Shown here in pieces: positions 1 through 11,450 of a stretch of DNA of 64,000 bases; the stretch's first letter is position 1, and each line of letters begins with the position of its first letter. This stretch comes from Anthoceros angustus. Its lineage: Eukaryota > Plantae > Anthocerotophyta. The notes under the pieces were generated by a model. It was not told the origin of the DNA and searched no databases. It was given only the letters and a program-made list of their open reading frames with translations. A program made the position numbers and the translations under genes. Location: NCBI GenBank assembly GCA_010909165.1, contig MU008170.1, positions 124,001 through 188,000 on the forward strand. Reading direction: 5' to 3'.

Positions 1-699
1 GAACGGTAGGAGGATTGAATTCACTTTGTTTCAGTTGGTACCGTGCGAAGACTGCAGCTGCCCGACAAGTTCACAGCACTCCAGGTCGTGTGTGGATACA
101 AGCTCAATGGGGTATGAGCCTTAAGTTTGGATTGTCTGTGAAATCCATCGCCACTAACGGGGACAGGTTTCTAAGAGTGATACCCTGGTTGTTGTTGAGC
201 AGTGACTGAGCTGTTGCAGGGCAAGCCTCGGCCTTTGTGATCCCCGTAAAATATTCACAAGGAGGAGTCAGCCGTTATAGGAAATCACTAGGAATTGCCT
301 CAGACAATCTGGGGTTCTTGTGACTCACGACGGTTGCTTAACTTTCAACAACGCCTTTTTCCTTTGTACGACATACTCTAATACACATCACAACATAGTC
401 TAGTCTAATACATAGTGAACCTCTGCGGCACCGACGCCTTAAGTCAATGAAACACGTTCACATGGACGTTGCTTTCTCTGGGACTCAAAGCCGCTTTCCT
501 TGATTTGTATGCACATTGTGTGAGGCACTTTCCTCACAGTGCATGATGGCGTGAGTGACAAGGTGCAGAATATTCCAGCTCATTTTCAATTTATATACGT
601 ATATGCTGAACCGACAAGACACAACGAACGAGGGCTCCGAGTCATTTGTTTCAGCCAACCTCCAGCTCCGCGATCCCCAGTGTGCCTCCTCGGAGCCCA

Positions 700-3540
700 A
701 TGGCAACCGCAGCCCCAGCAGTGAAAGCGGTGCAAAGTCGAGGCAATGCCACAGTCGAGGTTTGGATCCCTGTTCCTCTTCCCTCCTTTGCTGCATGTTT
801 GTCGATGTCTCCGAATTGTAATTGGCCGATCTGTTGAGGGGAATATGTGCTGGCTCTTCCTAGGAGTATCTGGAAAAGCATCAGCTGTCACAACGGATCG
901 AGGACGCTGTCAATGCAGCAGTTCGGGCGAAGACTACTGAGCCAATTCAATTCGTTGTACGTACCCGGATCCCACTCGAGCTGGGCGGGATGAGTGCAGT
1001 GAGCTGAGAACTCTGCATGCGTTGGGTTTTAGCTGAAATCCTGTTTGGACTAGTTTGCGGGCCCGCTTTGTAAGAGATGTTTGTGACGTGATCTGCAGGC
1101 CAATCACTTGAGAAGGGCGTTACCCTCTGTCATTCAGAAAGTGAAGGCTCGTCAGATTTTTGACAGTCGTGGCAATCCGACGGTCGAGGTTGACCTCCAG
1201 ACGAACAAGGGCATCTTCCGTGCTGCTGTCCCCAGTGGAGCCTCTACTGGAATGTAAGAGACGGGTTTGGTTTTGACTTACTGGTGTTGCTGTAGGCCTG
1301 CCCTCTCTTCTGGCAGCTCTGATGCAGAATTGTTTTGCGCCGATGCAGTCATGAAGCTGTGGAGCTCAGAGACAAGGAGAAGGACAAGTACCTTGGCAAG
1401 GGTGTCCTTAAGGCTGTGGCAAATGTGAACGAGAAAATCAGCCCAGCAATCCAAGGCCTGGACCCGACACAGCAGGCAGAAGTGGATAAAGTTATGATTG
1501 ACCTAGATGGCACCGAGAACAAGGTACGGCTGTTTTCTGATGTCCTGCCGATATCAAGGCGCTGCATTTTCTGTGCTTCCTGATGTGTGATCATACTTGT
1601 GTTTGAAACATCTTTTGTAACTGCTATATTTTGATGGCCTAGTCGTCCATTGATGACTCTTGGATATTGACCAGCGGTTTCTCAAATTATTGAAGTAACG
1701 CAGATTTTGAGGATCTAGAGCTGAAAGGGTTATTGCCTTGCAGGCCGAGCTTGGTGCAAATGCTATCCTTGCAGTTTCTCTGGCCGTGGCTAAGGCTGGA
1801 GCTGCGGAGAAGGAGGTACTCGGCTTTCAGATTTGCTTTCTTCTTACTTGTCTGCTTCATGAAAGTATCTGAGATTTTCCTGTTCTCCGTTCTGCATGCA
1901 ATACATGACTTGTGTATTGTTGCAGGTACCTTTGTACCAACACATTGCAGATCTTGCAGGGAACACAAAGCTTGTGCTTCCCGTTCCTGCATTTAATATT
2001 ATTAATGGTGGAGACCATGCTGGCAACAAGCTTGCCTTTCAGGTATCAACACTGCCTGGTATAACTGCAGCGAAGAGTGGGAATGGGAAGGCGTTTGGAT
2101 GTCTTGATTTTGCCTTGCTCACAGCTTTTTTTTCTCTTTGCTCTTCCTGCAGGAGTTTATGATCCTGCCCATTGGAGCCAGTACTTTCACTGAGGCCATG
2201 CGAATGGGCTCAGAGACCTACCATCACTTGAAGGTCAGCAGCAGAATTTTGATTACCTGGATTGTGGAACAGGTGAAAATGTCTGCGCTATTTGTACTGA
2301 GTTCTATCCTGCCTGCAGGCTGTGATCAAAGAGAAATATGGGATAGATGCTTGCAATGTCGGTGATGAAGGAGGTTTTGCGCCTAACATCTCCAGGCATG
2401 CTGTCTCTTACTCTTAACATCCCTAATTGTCTTGTATGTGTTTGAGGACCTAACATGGAGTTGCTGTTTGCAGTAGCAAAGAGGGACTAGATTTGATCAT
2501 TGAAGCAATTGAAAGAGCACACTACACTGGCAAAGTCAAGATCGGAATGGACGTTGCTGCCAGTGAATTCTACACAGGTATTTTTCCCCAATTTCACCAG
2601 CAGAGAGTGGCCTGCTTGTTGGGATAATCAATCCTGTGTTCAGCCTTTGGTGCACCGTAACTGGACACTGTTTGGGGTTGTGGTTCAGAGGACAAGAAGT
2701 ACGATCTCGGTTACAAGAATCCTGGTGCTTCAGACGTCAAAACAGGGCAAGAGTTGATTGACTTCTATAAGCAGCTGTGTGCTGAGTATCCCATCATATC
2801 AATTGAGGATCCCTTCGAGCAGGATGACTGGGCCAACACAAAGGCTCTAAACAGTCTCGGCATTGCTCAGGTAAGGTGTCTGGTTTCCTGGTTACATCTG
2901 TAACTGTCCGGCTCCCTCTCAGCGTTGAAGACCTCGTTTCCTTTCCTGCACAGATTGTTGGAGATGATTTGCTCGTCACAAACCCCAAGAGAGTACAGAA
3001 AGCCATTGCGGACTCCACCTGCAATGCCCTCCTGTTGAAGGTTGGTGTACAAGATTATGGGATACCTTTGCTGAATTTTTTGCTTTCTCGCATACTGAAT
3101 GTGTATGTGGAGCCTTGCAGGTCAACCAGATCGGGACAGTTACGGAGTCTATTGAAGCTGTTAAGATGGCGCAGAAAGCAGGCTGGGGTGTGATGGCTTC
3201 CCACAGGAGCGGAGAGACTGAGGACTCTTTCATTGCTGACCTGGCCGTTGGCCTAGCCACTGGGCAGATCAAAACTGGTGCCCCTTGCAGAAGCGAAAGA
3301 CTTGCGAAGTACAATCAGGTCAGCCTTAAGTCTTTACATTCGTTTACAGAAATGCCGCGTGTGCTCTGTTGAAAAGCTCTTGACGATAAGCTCGGTTGAT
3401 GCCGTATGTGCTCTTTGCAATGTACCTGACAAAAGGCTCTTGTCCAGCTGCTTCGGATCGAGGAAGAATTGGGAGAGAAGGCCGTGTATGCAGGTCACAG
3501 CTGGAGACCAGCTGCAGCAGTTGAGGGTGCTACTGACTGA
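700..3540 (+). CDS. ENO3: Cytosolic enolase, ENO3-type (with the N-terminal [18 protein letters not shown] extension), 13 exons
   Basis: Exons: 700-759 (less certain), 864-956, 1099-1253, 1349-1523, 1744-1815, 1926-2042, 2153-2233, 2319-2395, 2474-2577, 2689-2870, 2954-3040, 3121-3318, 3448-3540. All join in frame; introns are GT-AG except one GC-AG (2396-2473). Motifs [50 protein letters not shown] and SHRSGETED are present. Confidence 0.93.
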
Positions 3541-3860
3541 GCATCCTCTTATCTGTTGGGAAGCCAAGAAACGGGAGAAGTCCAAGTTGTTGAGATTTGT
3601 TTGAAGCGTCTTTATTGCCAATGAAGTCTCTTAAGCCAGTAATAGGCGAGTTCCCGGCGAGTTCCCGGGGTATGACTTAGATATAATGTTTGAGGGCCTC
3701 CGGGCCGTTTTGACTGTCCTGACTCTTGGATTGGCCTCTTCAATGCAGTCAAAGTTTTGAATATGGCATCGAATGTTCAGTGAAATGTATTGGTAATTCC
3801 AAATCCATGCGGAAATATATCCTCCAAGGAAATATCCGCTCCGTGGAGCGTCGTCGCCTC

Positions 3861-4003
3861 GGCAAGTGCTTAACCGCTGAAGATCGGCAAGTTGCTTAAC
3901 CGCTGAAGATCGGCAAGTGCTTAACCGCCGAAGATAGGCAAGTGCTTAACCGCCGAAGATAGGCAAGTGCTTAACCGCCGAAGATAGGCAAGTGCTTCAC
4001 CGA
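3861..4003. repeat. Tandem array, 25-bp unit GGCAAGTGCTTAACCGCYGAAGATM, about 5.5 copies
   Basis: Units start at 3861, 3886, 3912, 3937, 3962 and 3987, directly abutting with no spacers. Confidence 0.95.
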
Positions 4004-4169
4004 TGAAAATAAAGCCCTGGATGTGACTGCAATAACCTAACCCCAAAATGTCCTCTCATATAGATATTTCATCATTAGAGCACAAAGCAACGCCCCTTAC
4101 TCTGCAAAGTAACGCCCTGCAGCCAATGACCAAGTGCTGAATAACCCACTCTAAAATCTCGCTAATTCA

Positions 4170-4545
4170 CTTCGGACCCAAGACATATACTCACCTCACA
4201 AGTCTCCACTCCTGACCCCAAGGCATGCTCAATCTCTTAAAGCTTCACTCCTACCCAACACACGCACAATCTCACAAAGCTCCACTCCTGACCCAAGACA
4301 TGCACACTCTCACAAAAGCTGTGACGAAGCTCCACTCCTGACCCAAGACATGCACAATCTCACAAAAGCTTTCTTTTTGCCGTCCCACTATCGGCTCACT
4401 GAACACCTCCTTGAGATATTGCTCTTTATGCACAAAATCTACAATAGAGTCTGTTCCTCCAAGCGGCCCGCCGCCCATTGACGACTCACAAAATTCCTCC
4501 TCGAGATGTTGCTCTTTATGCACAAAATCCACAACAGAGTCTGGC
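4170..4545. repeat. Degenerate ~39-bp tandem units (CTCCACTCCTGACCCAAGACATGCACA.TCTCACAAA) plus a duplicated ~47-bp block
   Basis: About 4-5 copies across 4170-4370. The block GAGATRTTGCTCTTTATGCACAAAATCYACAAYAGAGTCTG occurs at about 4411 and 4503. Confidence 0.8.
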
Positions 4546-5337
4546 CCTCTACACCCATCTGGCTTCAGCACTTGACTCAATGACAAGCTTTTCTCGTTCA
4601 GCTCTATGTAGCTGCCACACAAAGGATAGAATGATTTCTAGGCTCTTAGCCTTTAATTATCCCGCAGGCTGAGCCTAACTACGCAACTGCTTGTGGTAGT
4701 CCATTCCTCGAAGTGTTAAATAAGATGGTCAATCGAGGCGAGCAAAACAAACCAAAACATATAAGAGGCAAGGCTTTCTGTCATTCTGCCTCCGCCACTA
4801 AGAGAGAGTTTTGAGGTAGAGGAATCACCTACAAAAGAAGAAATGGAGCAGCTCAAGGAGAAGTTGATGCCAAAAGAAACTGCGGAAGAAACTAAGTCGT
4901 GAGGAACTAGGCTAGAATATATAAGGCAACAAAGTGTGGCAGCAAAACTAGGAATTCAGGTACCATACGATAATTTATATTTATATTTAAAATATTATAA
5001 TAAAGTAAAAAGATATTTTAACCCTCTTAGAAAGCTATGTGCTATATGGTCATAGAAAAGATAATATAAAATATTCAGAGTATATAACTTGTAGATACCA
5101 ATTTCATCGAAGTTTTACTTGAATGAGTTTTTGCTAGAAGATGAAGAAGAACTTTAAGTAAAAGAAAGTACCTACAATACATTGCAAAGCACCCTAAAGT
5201 TAGTAAGAGGAGACCAATTTTGTTGGATGAGAATACGGTATTAAGCACATGGTTTTGATTTTTGATTAATTTGTAGACCTACTTATTCACTTAAGATATT
5301 GGAGATGCATTGACTAACTTATAACCTACTTATTAAC

Positions 5338-6940
5338 GTATTACCTCTCCCGTATGGGATTAAGGGTCAAGATCGATAAGTGCAGGGTGTGGTCCCCTTC
5401 CGGCAATACACCCCTGGGGCCAAGAATCGCAGGTCCTCTTCAATATCCAGGGAGGGATATTATTTCTCCGCAAGGGCTTCGGGTCCTCGGATTTCCGCTG
5501 GGTCACCCTGACTTTATTCAAGGGTTTGTGGACGTGGCTCTGGAAGAAGACGTGGCTCACATTGGGGACCCTCAGGTTGCATTTGGTATTTTGTCTTCCT
5601 GCTTCGCGCGTCGACCAGGTTATCTTACCAGGACGGTTGCTCCATCCCCGGCCTTTTTATCAAGCTTGAGACATTTCCATACGCAGGTTATGCAGGCGCT
5701 TGGGGACATTATAGGTCCCGGCACCTTCAAATGCGCCGACGGTGACTTGGCATGGAAACATGCATCATTGCCAGTGCACTGCCTTTGCAGGCACTGGCTT
5801 GTTGGCCATGGAGGCCTAAGCTCCGGCAGCCTTCCTCGGGAGTTGGGCCTTCTCTGCCCCAATTTAGGCCTCTCGATTCTTAATGCAGGACTCCCCCCTA
5901 CTGGAAGCCTTCTTCTTGAGTGTTGAGGAGGGGGCCTTCCCCTTGCAGGTCTCTCTCAGGCGGGCTAGGGACTCCCTTTTCTCAGAGGGTAGGGAAGCCA
6001 GAGGGCGCAAAGAGCCCTCCTTGTGGACTCCTCCATTCCCAGGTCTTCGCGGACCCTCCTGCGTTCCTGTTCAGGTAAGGGGGCAGGCTCCTGGCTTTTG
6101 GCTCGGCCTTGCATTCCGGCGTTCCGAATCGCACCAACGTCCTTTTCGACCGCGATGAGGGTCCGCCTCGGTTTGGGTCATCCTCTGGCCTCTTCTCTTT
6201 CCATGTGCAGTTGTGGAGCTGCCATCGACGATTCCGGATCCCATTTGGCCGGTTGTCGCGTGGGGGGGCAACGTATTGCTACGCATGATGCCGTTCGCGA
6301 CATCATGTTTTCGATAACTATGGAGAGCGGATTTTTTTCCGTACAGGGAGTGCCCATATACATTGCGTAATGGCGTGTCACTCAGGGCGGACCTTTTTTA
6401 TACTAGGGGAGAGCAAATTTATACCGCTGATGTGGTTGTCATGGATCCCACGAGAGACTCTATATGCGAGCATGTCATCATCAACCCCCCGGGCTGGGCG
6501 GCGGAGGGATGCGCAACCAACAAGACGCACAAGTACTCTCCTATGCAAGATGGCCATGTTTTCATCCCCCTCGCCCTCGAGACTCATGGGGCTATGGGCA
6601 AGGACTTCTCTAGGTTAATCAAGGAGTGTGCAAAAGCCTATCACAACCATGGTGGAGGGCCTCCCCTTTCCTCCGTGGTGGCTTTCTTCGCCGGTTTCCA
6701 TAGCTCTGCGGCCGCAGCTGTTATAGGATGGCTACGTGCGCAGGACTAGCGGCTTCTTCGGGTAGGCCCTTCATCATCCCTGATCACGATATCATTGGTG
6801 CAGTAGTTAGTTATGGGAAAGGCATTCGAGGGGACTAGGACTTCCCCTTTTACTATTAGCCCTTTTTGGGTTGTTCCTCCTCGGACTTCAGGGGTAGATG
6901 GGATTCCCCATCTCGCCTATTAATAACGTCTACTCTTCTT
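5338..6940 (+). mobile_element. 5'-truncated CRE-like non-LTR retrotransposon (end of RT, CCHC knuckle, restriction-like endonuclease), frameshifted
   Basis: RT end GLRVKIDKCRVW...GLRVLGFPLG; RSCSGKGAGSWL; C-x-C...HL..C..GGQRIATHD; endonuclease RADL...ADVVV, KTHKY, FIPLALETHG. Flanked by the 9-bp direct repeat CTTATTAAC (5329-5337 and 6941-6949), a candidate target-site duplication. Confidence 0.85.
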
Positions 6941-7253
6941 CTTATTAACTTATGATATTGGAGATGCATTGATTAACTTATAATTCGTTCATATGTGTAT
7001 TATACAAATATGGATTCGGTAAAAATGCATTCTAAATTACAATCAATTATATGTAGAATCTTGCATGCATACTTGTATGCTAGAATATTATTAAAAAATC
7101 AATAAGTACTACATCTATATTTAACTCATTCAGCAGAAAAAAATAAAAGCATAAAAAATCTACATCTAAATTAAACTCCTAAAGCATACTAATATAAAAT
7201 CATGAAAAAATCAAGGAAAAATCCTCTAGGGAGACCCAGTAGAAGAGCTTGGG

Positions 7254-7315
7254 AAAATGCTCTAAGCGCAACACTAGGCTTAAAATGCTCGAAGCGCAAC
7301 ACTAGGCTTAAAATG
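7254..7315. repeat. 28-bp tandem repeat, 2.2 copies, downstream of the second enolase stop
   Basis: AAAATGCTCTAAGCGCAACACTAGGCTT followed by AAAATGCTCGAAGCGCAACACTAGGCTT. Confidence 0.9.
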
Positions 7316-7466
7316 AATGCTGAAGCGTCTCGTATCACCTCCACTGTGTTTTGCTTTAGCTAAAGGAGGAGAAATATAAGTTTATATTCAGGAAGACACG
7401 ATTATAGCGATTTGGCTTATGTTAAAACTACCTTCGATTGGATGCGTTGTCAAATACATTGGATTT

Positions 7467-10400
7467 CTACTTCTTGTTCTTCTCCTTAGACTTAGATGCC
7501 TTGTCTTTCTTCTCCTCTTTCTCAGGTTGTTCTTCCGAGCCCCCCTCTGCAGGTGGCAGTGCTTCAGGAAGTGCATTTGGCCTCCAATTCTCACCGGCAT
7601 ACAGGGCCTTATCTCCCAGTTCTTCTTCGATCCGAAGGAGCTGAAGAAGAAAACTTAATGGGTCATTGCGAGGCGCAGCTGCCCTGAAACCAATCGCGCG
7701 AGAAAATTCCCGTGTAGTTTGAACAAACCTGATTGTACTTAGCAAGTCGCTCACTTCTACACGGCGCACCTGTCTTTATTTGGCCAGTAGCTAGCCCAAC
7801 AGCCAAATCTGCAATGAAAGAGTCTTCAGTCTCCCCACTTCTGTGAGAGGCCATGACACCCCAACCTGCAGCTTTTGCCATTTTCACGGCTTCAATGGAT
7901 TCAGTGACCGTTCCGATCTGATTGACCTGCATCCAGACAAAATAGACTGAGAGCCGTGCGAGCCTGACTGGAAACAAAAGTCACTGAATAACGTGGAGTC
8001 CCTTTCACCTTGAGCAGGAGCGCGTTGCAGGTGTTGTCGGCAATGGCCTTCTCCACCCGTTTGGGATTTGTGACAAGCAAATCATCACCGACAACCTGCG
8101 AGAAAGAAAGCCCAGCATTTGATCAACCGAGAAGAGGGAACTCCTTGGATGCACTACAGCTCACAGTTACCCAGTTAGGATACCTGACAAATACCAAGAC
8201 TGGTCAAGGACTTTGTGTTGGCCCAGTCATCCTGTTCAAATGGATCCTCAATTGACACAATAGGGTAGTCTGGATCAAACAAAGGGAAAACTTATGTAGA
8301 CAGGCATCTTTTTGGAGACAACCCATCAATCAAATACTGGCAGCCAAAGACAGCAAGTTGTCAACCGCAGTTGAAAACATTGCGCACCTGTACAGAGTTG
8401 TTTGTACATTTCTATCATTTCTTCCCCCGTTTTCTTCTGCTCTCCTCCATTATCTGGATTCTTGAAATCCAGGTCGTACTTTTTATCATCTGCACAACTC
8501 CACAACTCAGATGGTGAGAAATGATATCAATCGAGACAGATGGACATATACAAATCAAGTCACAGCAATTGGACATAAACCTGTGTAAAATTCGCTCGCA
8601 GCAACATCCATCCCGATTTTAACTTTGCCTTTGTAATCTGCTCGTTCAATAGCCTCTACGATCAGGTCAAGCCCCTCTTTGCTACTGCAGAGAAAAAACC
8701 TCTCCTTTCAGCCCATAGAATATACCTTTAAAAGAGAAAACATGTAAGTTCAAAGCCTTCATACCTGGAGATATTAGGGGCAAATCCCCCTTCATCACCA
8801 ACATTGCAAGCATCTATCCCATACTTCTCTTTAATTACCGCCTGTAAGGTGTATTCGTATAGGGTAAGACCTAATTTGACTTTTAATTCCTGATCCTAAG
8901 CACATGCACAGCCAGCATCAGCACCTTGAGATGGTGGTATGTCTCGGAACCCATGCGCATGGCTTCCACAAAGGTGCGAGCTCCAACTGGTAGAATCATA
9001 AATTCCTGTGACATGTAGATCACAATGGGTGACAATCGAGTAAAGAGACTTTTACAGTGCATCCCCATGTAATAATGCTTTTACTGACTAGCTTCGAGTC
9101 ATGTATGGTGGATTTTGTCCCTTGTAATTTGTCAACTGATTAAAGTCACCTATTATTTCATTTGCTTGTGCTACGGTGAACCTTTGTTGAGACAATCCCT
9201 CAAAGTCAGTAAATCAAAATGAATGCCAACCTATTAAATACCTGAAATGCAAGCTTATTCCCAGCATGTTCTCCACCATTTATAATGTTGAACGCTGGGA
9301 CGGGGAGGACAAGTTTCGTATTCCCCGCAATATCTGCAATGTGTTGATACAAAGGCACCTGCAGAACACATCAAAGACAATGGAAGGAGGAAAATAATTC
9401 AAAAGGAGATTTGAAGCTAGAACTCAGCCAGTGCACAAGAGTACATAAGCTCTGAAATTCAAGTGGTGAAGGCCAACCGCTGCATGATACCTCCTTCTCT
9501 GCAGCTCCAGCTTTGCAGACAGCCAAAGATACCGCAAGGATTGCATTTGCGCCAAGCTCAGCCTGCACAGGGTGCAAATGAATCTCAATCAATACTTTCA
9601 GAAGATCAACTTGCCAGCAAAGGATCAGAATCCTGTTCCTCAAGGTGTGAGACCTACCTTATTCTCTGTTTTGTCCAGGTCAATCATAACTTTATCAATC
9701 TCAGCCTGTTGCGTTGGATCCATGCCATAGAGTGCCGGATGGATTCTTTCATTCACATTAGCCACAGCTTTAAGGACACCCTTCCCCATGTATCTGTCTT
9801 TCTCATTGTCCCGCAGCTCAACAGCTTCATGGCTGACAAACGAAAGACAGATGGGAATATATGATGACTCGGCCCAATGGGAACACTGAAAATGGACTCC
9901 AGCACCACTTTTCCGAAAACAAATTGAACTGCATACATTCCGGTGGAAGCTCCGCTAGGAACTGCAGCCCGGAATGTGCCCTTGTTGGTCTGAAGATCCA
10001 CTTCAACTGTGGGATTTCCACGACTGTCAAAGATTTGCCGAGCCTTCACCTTCTGTATGACTGACGGCATTGCCTTCTTCAAGTGATTGGACTGCACAGA
10101 AATTTGTGCGCAAATTACTCAGCAGGAGTGTGCGCTGCATCAACCGGTTACAGTTCAAACAGCGCAAACGTACAGAACTGGGTTACCCCTCGCAGATACC
10201 CACAAGAATTTCCTAAAAGTCTTTGCAGTTATAAAATTAGATGGAGGAAGCAAACTACCGCAAGATATCCTCTTCTAACTGCATGCAAATTTCTAAGCAC
10301 AACGACAGCTCATTTGCTGAAATTGACCGTGAAGCAACCGTTCCAAGAATGTGGAGAATGACAACACGTACAATGAATAGAATGGGTTCCGCCGACTTGG

Positions 10401-10476
10401 AGCGAACTGCTGCGTTCACTGCCTCTTCTATCCGAATGGACATCTGGTGCTTCTCGAGGTACTCTTGGACAGACAT
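7467..10476 (-). CDS. ENO3: Cytosolic enolase, ENO3-type, with a charged C-terminal tail, 13 exons
   Basis: Exons (minus strand): 10476-10372, 10091-9937, 9832-9658, 9562-9491, 9358-9242, 9005-8925, 8841-8765, 8684-8581, 8489-8388, 8269-8184, 8095-8009, 7926-7729, 7640-7467. All introns GT-AG and in frame. Starts [10 protein letters not shown]; most exon sizes are identical to the first copy. Confidence 0.96.
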
Positions 10477-11450
10477 CTTGGCTTACTTCCCAATTCACAG
10501 CAATGGCTTCAATCCGGTGCCGCTTAAGTCCTCCGGCGGTTCTCGTGCACGTAGAACCCCTAAAGCGTGGTTGGAATTAGCTACAAAACAGAGGGATTGA
10601 AACATGCAGGCCTGGTGATTGAGGCCGGTTCTTCAGAACAGCATTCTTCCATGATTCGTGATTTGCGAAATTTCACCAGGAAGAGCGCACCAAAGCGCGA
10701 CCTCAATCAGAATTCCAATTTGCCTCCTGCAGATTCTGTGCGCCCGGAAGTCTCTACTGCCTCTACTTGGAATGCCGCCACTCTCTCAGCACTTGATCAA
10801 GAAAAATACTGCGGGTTCCTGCCAGTGCAGGAGCAGACACTGGAAGCACGGAAATTGTGGCTCAAGCCTCTGGTTTCGACTCCCTCCCCGTTGTCACAAC
10901 AACAACACCGTCCAACTATTGACCACTTCTTTACAACGCTGTCCATTATTATCCGACTACATAGGTAGCTTTCTAATCACAGCATCGGGAACTGTATGTT
11001 TATGTTAATAAGGCCCCTATACAGTTAGCAGGCGGACAGCTTCTGGAGGTACCGGGCCCCTGCTATGCTCACAGGCACCCTGACGTATGATGTGTGCTTC
11101 GAGTATGTACAGAGTAGGTCTGTAGACAGGAACCGGTGCCAACGTAGTCACAAGGCTAAGCCTGCAGCGGACAGCTAGCGGGAAAAGCTTAAGGCGATGC
11201 TGAAAGGGGTTCAACGAGCTCCACCATCGGGTCTCGGGACATTAAACATGGAATTAGACAGACATTCGTTACACTTTCATCCTTCAAAAGTTAGTACGAT
11301 ATACCTCGACACCTTTCTGCTAGTTTAGAGAGCCTTTCGACGGCATGCTGGTTCAGAGCGCTGGATCTCTTCTATAAAGTCACAGGCGGAAAAAGATCTA
11401 AACTACTGTCGTCCTTGCTGCTACTGTTAGCGTTACCATGATACAGTTTT

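Noticed and set aside
3861-4003. 25-bp repeat array as a CRISPR array
   Set aside because: Units abut with no unique spacers, there are no cas genes, and the context is eukaryotic.
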